The position numbers and the translations under genes are program-made. The notes beneath the pieces are model-generated. The model was given only the letters and a program-made list of their open reading frames with translations, made no database searches and was not told where the DNA came from. DNA of 64,000 nucleotides from Bugula neritina (lineage: Eukaryota; Animalia; Bryozoa), in assembly GCA_964035545.1 (NCBI GenBank), contig OZ037770.1:2636662-2700661 (forward strand). The letters are read 5' to 3'. Position 1 is the stretch's first letter; each line of letters starts with the position of its first letter. Below, in pieces: positions 48,481 through 64,000 of the stretch.

Positions 48481-49720
48481 AGCAAACACTCCAACCCCTA
48501 AACCATGGCTGCTCTATAATAATTATGCTGGTGTTTTATGTTATGTAATTTGCATACTACAAGGTAATATAGCTTATAAATTACAATATGAAGTTTATAA
48601 TACATTGTAGAAAATAGAGACATGTATTTTCACTTTGGTGTGAAGTTTTTGAGTCTCAATTTGACTCCTGCCATGTTTGAAAATCCACCATTAAAAACAG
48701 CGACTAATAACTGCATATTAATAGCTATAAGCTTGATTAAAGGATAATTTGCTCTAATCCAATCAACTCTGTGACAATGACAGTGCAAAAAACTGTTATT
48801 TCTTAATTAAATTTCTAGTAACTTGATTGACTGCTTCTTTCCTAGCAAATTGTGTAACTACAGCAAAACAATACATGCTCATCGGCAAAGTTGGAAATCT
48901 ATAAAATTGAGGTTGAATTTGTGACTGAGTAACGCTGCATTTCCTTAAAAAACATGGCTGCTATTAGAACCTACTACTTGAAGTGATTTATTCATCAAGC
49001 AAGACAATCCAAAGCTAATTAAAGAGTTAATTGAGGTAGCATTTAACAAGCAAATAAACTAATATTGGGCGCAAGTGGGGTACTGGTTTCCATGGAAACG
49101 AGATAATCCTTCCATCCATTCGATTTCTTAATGGGGCCACTGCAGTAAGCTGTTGGTAAATATTTCACTTTTCTAAATTGTAAAACCTTTTAAGAGACAC
49201 TGTGCACATTAGTGGTTTTGGCACGTTTCCATGTTCTCAATCTATTTCCAATTATAGCTGGAAGAGATAATAACTATCAGTCTGTAAAAACATTATATAA
49301 CGTTACTGAAATGACAGACTTCTTACCAGATAATGTTAAAAAAATGACATTATTTAGCTTCATAGTCTTTGTGAATAATTTTACTTTTGATTGCTCTTCT
49401 CATAATACTGACAACATGCGTTGAGAGCTTTTGCTGAACACAGAACTGGAAATTGCTTGAAACAGCACACAGCTGGGGGTGACCATGTGTGTGTATTGGT
49501 TGGGGAGATGGGGTGTTGGGTGTTTTGGCAACCTAATCCAGTGCTGCTTCTAGCAACACCCCACAGAACATATAATGTGCATGATGCAATATCCTGCACA
49601 TTACAAGTATGTAGGTTCATATTACACTATCACTATATTATACTATTATACACTACTATAGTTTAATGCTCTTACTTACACATCAATGACTAGAACTGAA
49701 ACCTATGACACAAAGTGTAT

Positions 49721-50154
49721 GACCACACGAAGCGTGAATGGCGAGAATACATGCTAGTGACCTGCCACACACAGTGCGTGTGTTGCGAGTGTAGAAATTT
49801 ATTAGCTAATGATGTTAGCGTTAAACTTAACTGCTCTCCTACAGACATTTGTTTTTAAAACCACGCCATCGGCGAAGGGATTTTATTTAATAATTATATT
49901 AATATTATATTAATATTATAAAAACGGAAATGCAAACTATATGAAACTATTTTAATTCAGTTCGCTAAAAGCTAAAACCTACATTAAAATAAAAAAGTGT
50001 GCTCGCTGAATGAGAATAAGCCAATTAGATCAAACACGCATGAGCTTGCCGCACTTCTCGCTCAGCATGTTAGACGCATGAAAATTCGTCTCATGATGTC
50101 TCATTTTTTGGCTAAACAGGTTTACTCGCGGGTGTAAAATGCTTCGTGTGGCCC
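49721..50154. mobile_element. Harbinger-like MITE remnant
   Basis: TIR-like gaccacacgaagc / gcttcgtgtggcc; an internal segment (50020-50086) also occurs inverted at ~27172-27240. Confidence 0.45.
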
Positions 50155-51871
50155 TAGGCTCAGTATTCACAAGGTCATTATTGAGTCAAAGTGAACTACC
50201 AGCCTAATATACTAGTTACTAAAGTAAGTTCAATTGCAGATTAGCCTAAAGAAGTATAGAGATATAATGTAAATTTATGTATTTGACAAACTTGGGTCTT
50301 GTATGTATTCAGGTTACCAGATCATGAACTTGCTGTATTTCATGGGATGACTAATCTGCTCATGGAAAAGTGTTTTGCCACACAGACAGGATCTCTAGAT
50401 TAAGGAAGCGTATTTACAACAATTTATATAATCCTTTAGCACCGCAAATATAAAAACAACTTCAGCAGTCACCATCTATAGTTTAAAAATCCATCGAGGA
50501 TAGTTGACTAAAACTTGACTTATGCTAATGACAGAGAAATAAATAATTCAGTCAACATTGGCAGAAAATTAGTTGTACTCTTCTGCTTTTTTAATTATAT
50601 AGTATTGATTATTTTGAAGGATGATATTAAATTAAAATTACACAACATATACATTTTGCAAGCAGTTTCTGCCAATACCATGGTCGCATTATATGTCTAG
50701 CTCTCTACTAAATGGTCAGTGCTGCATTGCATTGAAATACTATATAGCTACATCAAAAGATCTATTGATCAATGAAACTCATTTGATCCTTTAAGTTTGT
50801 GCCGTGTGGTCAAAACTTCATTCATTATTTTAGAGAAAAAAAAAACCTCAGATGTCCATTGGAATCCGAAAACACTTTTAATGGAACATTTAATGTAGTC
50901 ATTTTTATTTTCAGTCTAGAAAGTGCATTAAAGCCAGATGCCATCAACTTATAAAACTAATCTCTGTAAGAGGGGTTGGGTGCCAGGCCACCCTTCCCCC
51001 TCATTCACATTTCTAAATCTCACAAACCAAATAGTTTGGCTATATATAATATAATGTTATACAGAGTTTATAGCAGTAGCAGTAAGTATTGACTCTACTT
51101 TAAATTTCTATAAACTGTTTCGTATCAGTAAGATAATAGCAATAGCTGTCACTGTACTGTACTATCAGTAGCTTTGAAAACTATATGATTAAAAATTTAT
51201 TATTATGTAACCACAACAACTTCGTACTCACTGTTGCATATTTGAGTAGCAGAAAGCGTGTGACTTCAACATTTAAAAATAGCAAGAATCTTTGATCTAC
51301 GATGCATAAATAATGCATCCTTAATGTTGTATGATAGTATTTCTTGCCACAAAAAGCCCACAAATATTACTTAATGTCATTCTAAGAAGATATGAGAGTA
51401 AGATAGTAGTAAACATCCTGTCCTTTAAGAAGTTGTTAGGTTTCACAGAGTTGTTCGTGACTTGCAAGTCTCATTCAGGAAATGCTAATCTCCTTAGATT
51501 AGCTGCTGTGCCGCATCTTCAGTTACTGGGTAGTCTCGTGCCAACGTACGCTTAATTCTCATATTAGAATATTAATTACTTGGATTAGTTGGTAGGAATA
51601 CCTGTGGTTGAAAATGGTCGTTGGTTGACACTAAGCCTTTCTCTCGAAATATGTAGGTCGCAATATGGTACGAGATATTCTCATCATTTAAAGAATTAAC
51701 TGGAGTCATCACCGATTGCGTACGTCACATATGGTGAGAACAAATTGAAGAAGGCATAAGCTAAGATCTGGCTGAAGAAAACTTGAGACGCTTAGTCCAG
51801 AGCCATTAATTCTCCAGACAGATCTGTTACGAGTGTCATATTAAAAAACAGGTGCAATGCCTACTTTCTAA

Positions 51872-52253
51872 AGGCCTGGCCTCACACTTGTGAGAATCAC
51901 ACAGAATCGTCTATCCGACACGAAAACACAATCGTATGAGAAAAGTTGAGGGATATCAATTGAAATCGTTTTCGTTGTGTACACGCAACGAAGATGATGG
52001 ACAAAAAATCACAATCAACGATAAGCACCATTTGATAGTTCAATAAAATTTAAGCAACAGTAATTATTTCATTTCTACCACGTTTTTCTGTTTAGCAATT
52101 TTTTGCTGTTTGTATCTCGTGCAAGACTCATTCACGAACTATTTATTATGCGTTTCGTCCGACGAGTGTGTGGCTGGTCATAACGAGAGGATAACTCACG
52201 AAAATCTTCACACGAGTTTCGTGTGATTCTCTCACCAGCGTGAGGCCAAGCCT
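51872..52253. mobile_element. PIF/Harbinger-like MITE
   Basis: TIRs aggcctggcctcacac / gcgtgaggccaagcct; TAA TSD on both sides. Confidence 0.8.
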
Positions 52254-52837
52254 TAACTCATAATACTCATATATGTTTTAACTCTAACTACTTCCATGTG
52301 CTCATAATACTAGGTACTTGCAGAGTTTAATTTGTTAGCAAAGTGTACAAATCAACCCATAGTTTTTCTCCAATTTTATTTTTATGAATTGCACAGACTC
52401 ACAATAATGATTGTACTTCTAATTAAAATTGTTAATGTAATGATTAGCTACTCAACCAGTAGCTGAGTGGATCAATAAAATATCAATTAGGTAAAATACG
52501 CTGATTCCATTAGAATCAATAAGTGACTTCGTATAACTAGTGACTGCCGTGAAATCAAAAGAGATTCATCTCAAAACATCCTGAGCAACAATTCTAATCT
52601 AAAAATATACTTTAAAATTCATCTTTTTATAGCATAATAACAACTTCAATTGATAAAAAACTAAAATCAATACTTCAGTAACTAGAATAAACTTGACTAA
52701 GGTTTCTAGATGACAAACAACATCTAGAATTGAAAGAAACGAAAATTTTCAATTTGATAGATTTCAGCTATATAATGTTATGTTGGACTATAAATGATTG
52801 ATTGCCTTGGTTCCACAGAATTCATAGCTGCTAATCT

Positions 52838-63688
<10,851 letters not shown>

Positions 63689-64000
63689 CTGTAGAAAACT
63701 ATACATAATAAGTCATATAAAATACAGAATTCACTTGAATATTTGCTCGAAACTTGACACTAGGCCGTTAAAAAGTGTCCCAAATGTCACATGGTTTCTG
63801 AAATGAAAACTAAATGCTGCAAGAATGATACAGTATTCTTAAATTTTCTTATTTTGGGCAAAGGAATTGCCTCTTGTTTCACCAATAACGCCCTGATCAC
63901 ACGACTTGGAGATAAATTGAAATTGAATTCACTTGTTTGATTCAAAAGAGAATTTGCAAATATGTACCATGTAGTGCAAATAATTTGTCCATCTGCAGAA

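Overview
AT-rich, intron-rich animal (invertebrate-like) genomic DNA; the species cannot be identified from sequence alone. Left half (322-26328, minus strand): a 13-exon gene assembled by hand from GT-AG boundaries into one open frame of about 1260 aa. Its architecture is N-cap, LRRs, Roc GTPase, COR, acidic linker, then a caspase p20/p10 domain, i.e. a ROCO protein with a caspase fold where a kinase or death domain usually sits. Most of the LRR region is built from three near-identical 138-nt phase-2/2 exons whose differences are mostly amino-acid changing and cluster at ligand-facing LRR positions. The caspase QACxG motif reads EASSG, so the catalytic Cys is Ser. Two full-length but decayed Ty3/Gypsy elements (ATAT target, tRNA-Leu PBS, -1 frameshift signal) sit in the introns on either side of the LRR cassette; one carries a candidate spliced C2H2 zinc-finger accessory gene. 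Middle (27.5-37.2 kb): a four-level nest of Gypsy > CACAG/CMC element > ~800-bp inverted duplication > hAT. Right: long microsatellites, a 143-aa secreted Gly-rich orphan gene with TATA/Inr, MITEs, tRNA-derived SINEs, and 12 exons of a malic enzyme gene (NAD-type cofactor residues). The malic enzyme introns carry distinct minisatellites and a candidate nested antisense gene.
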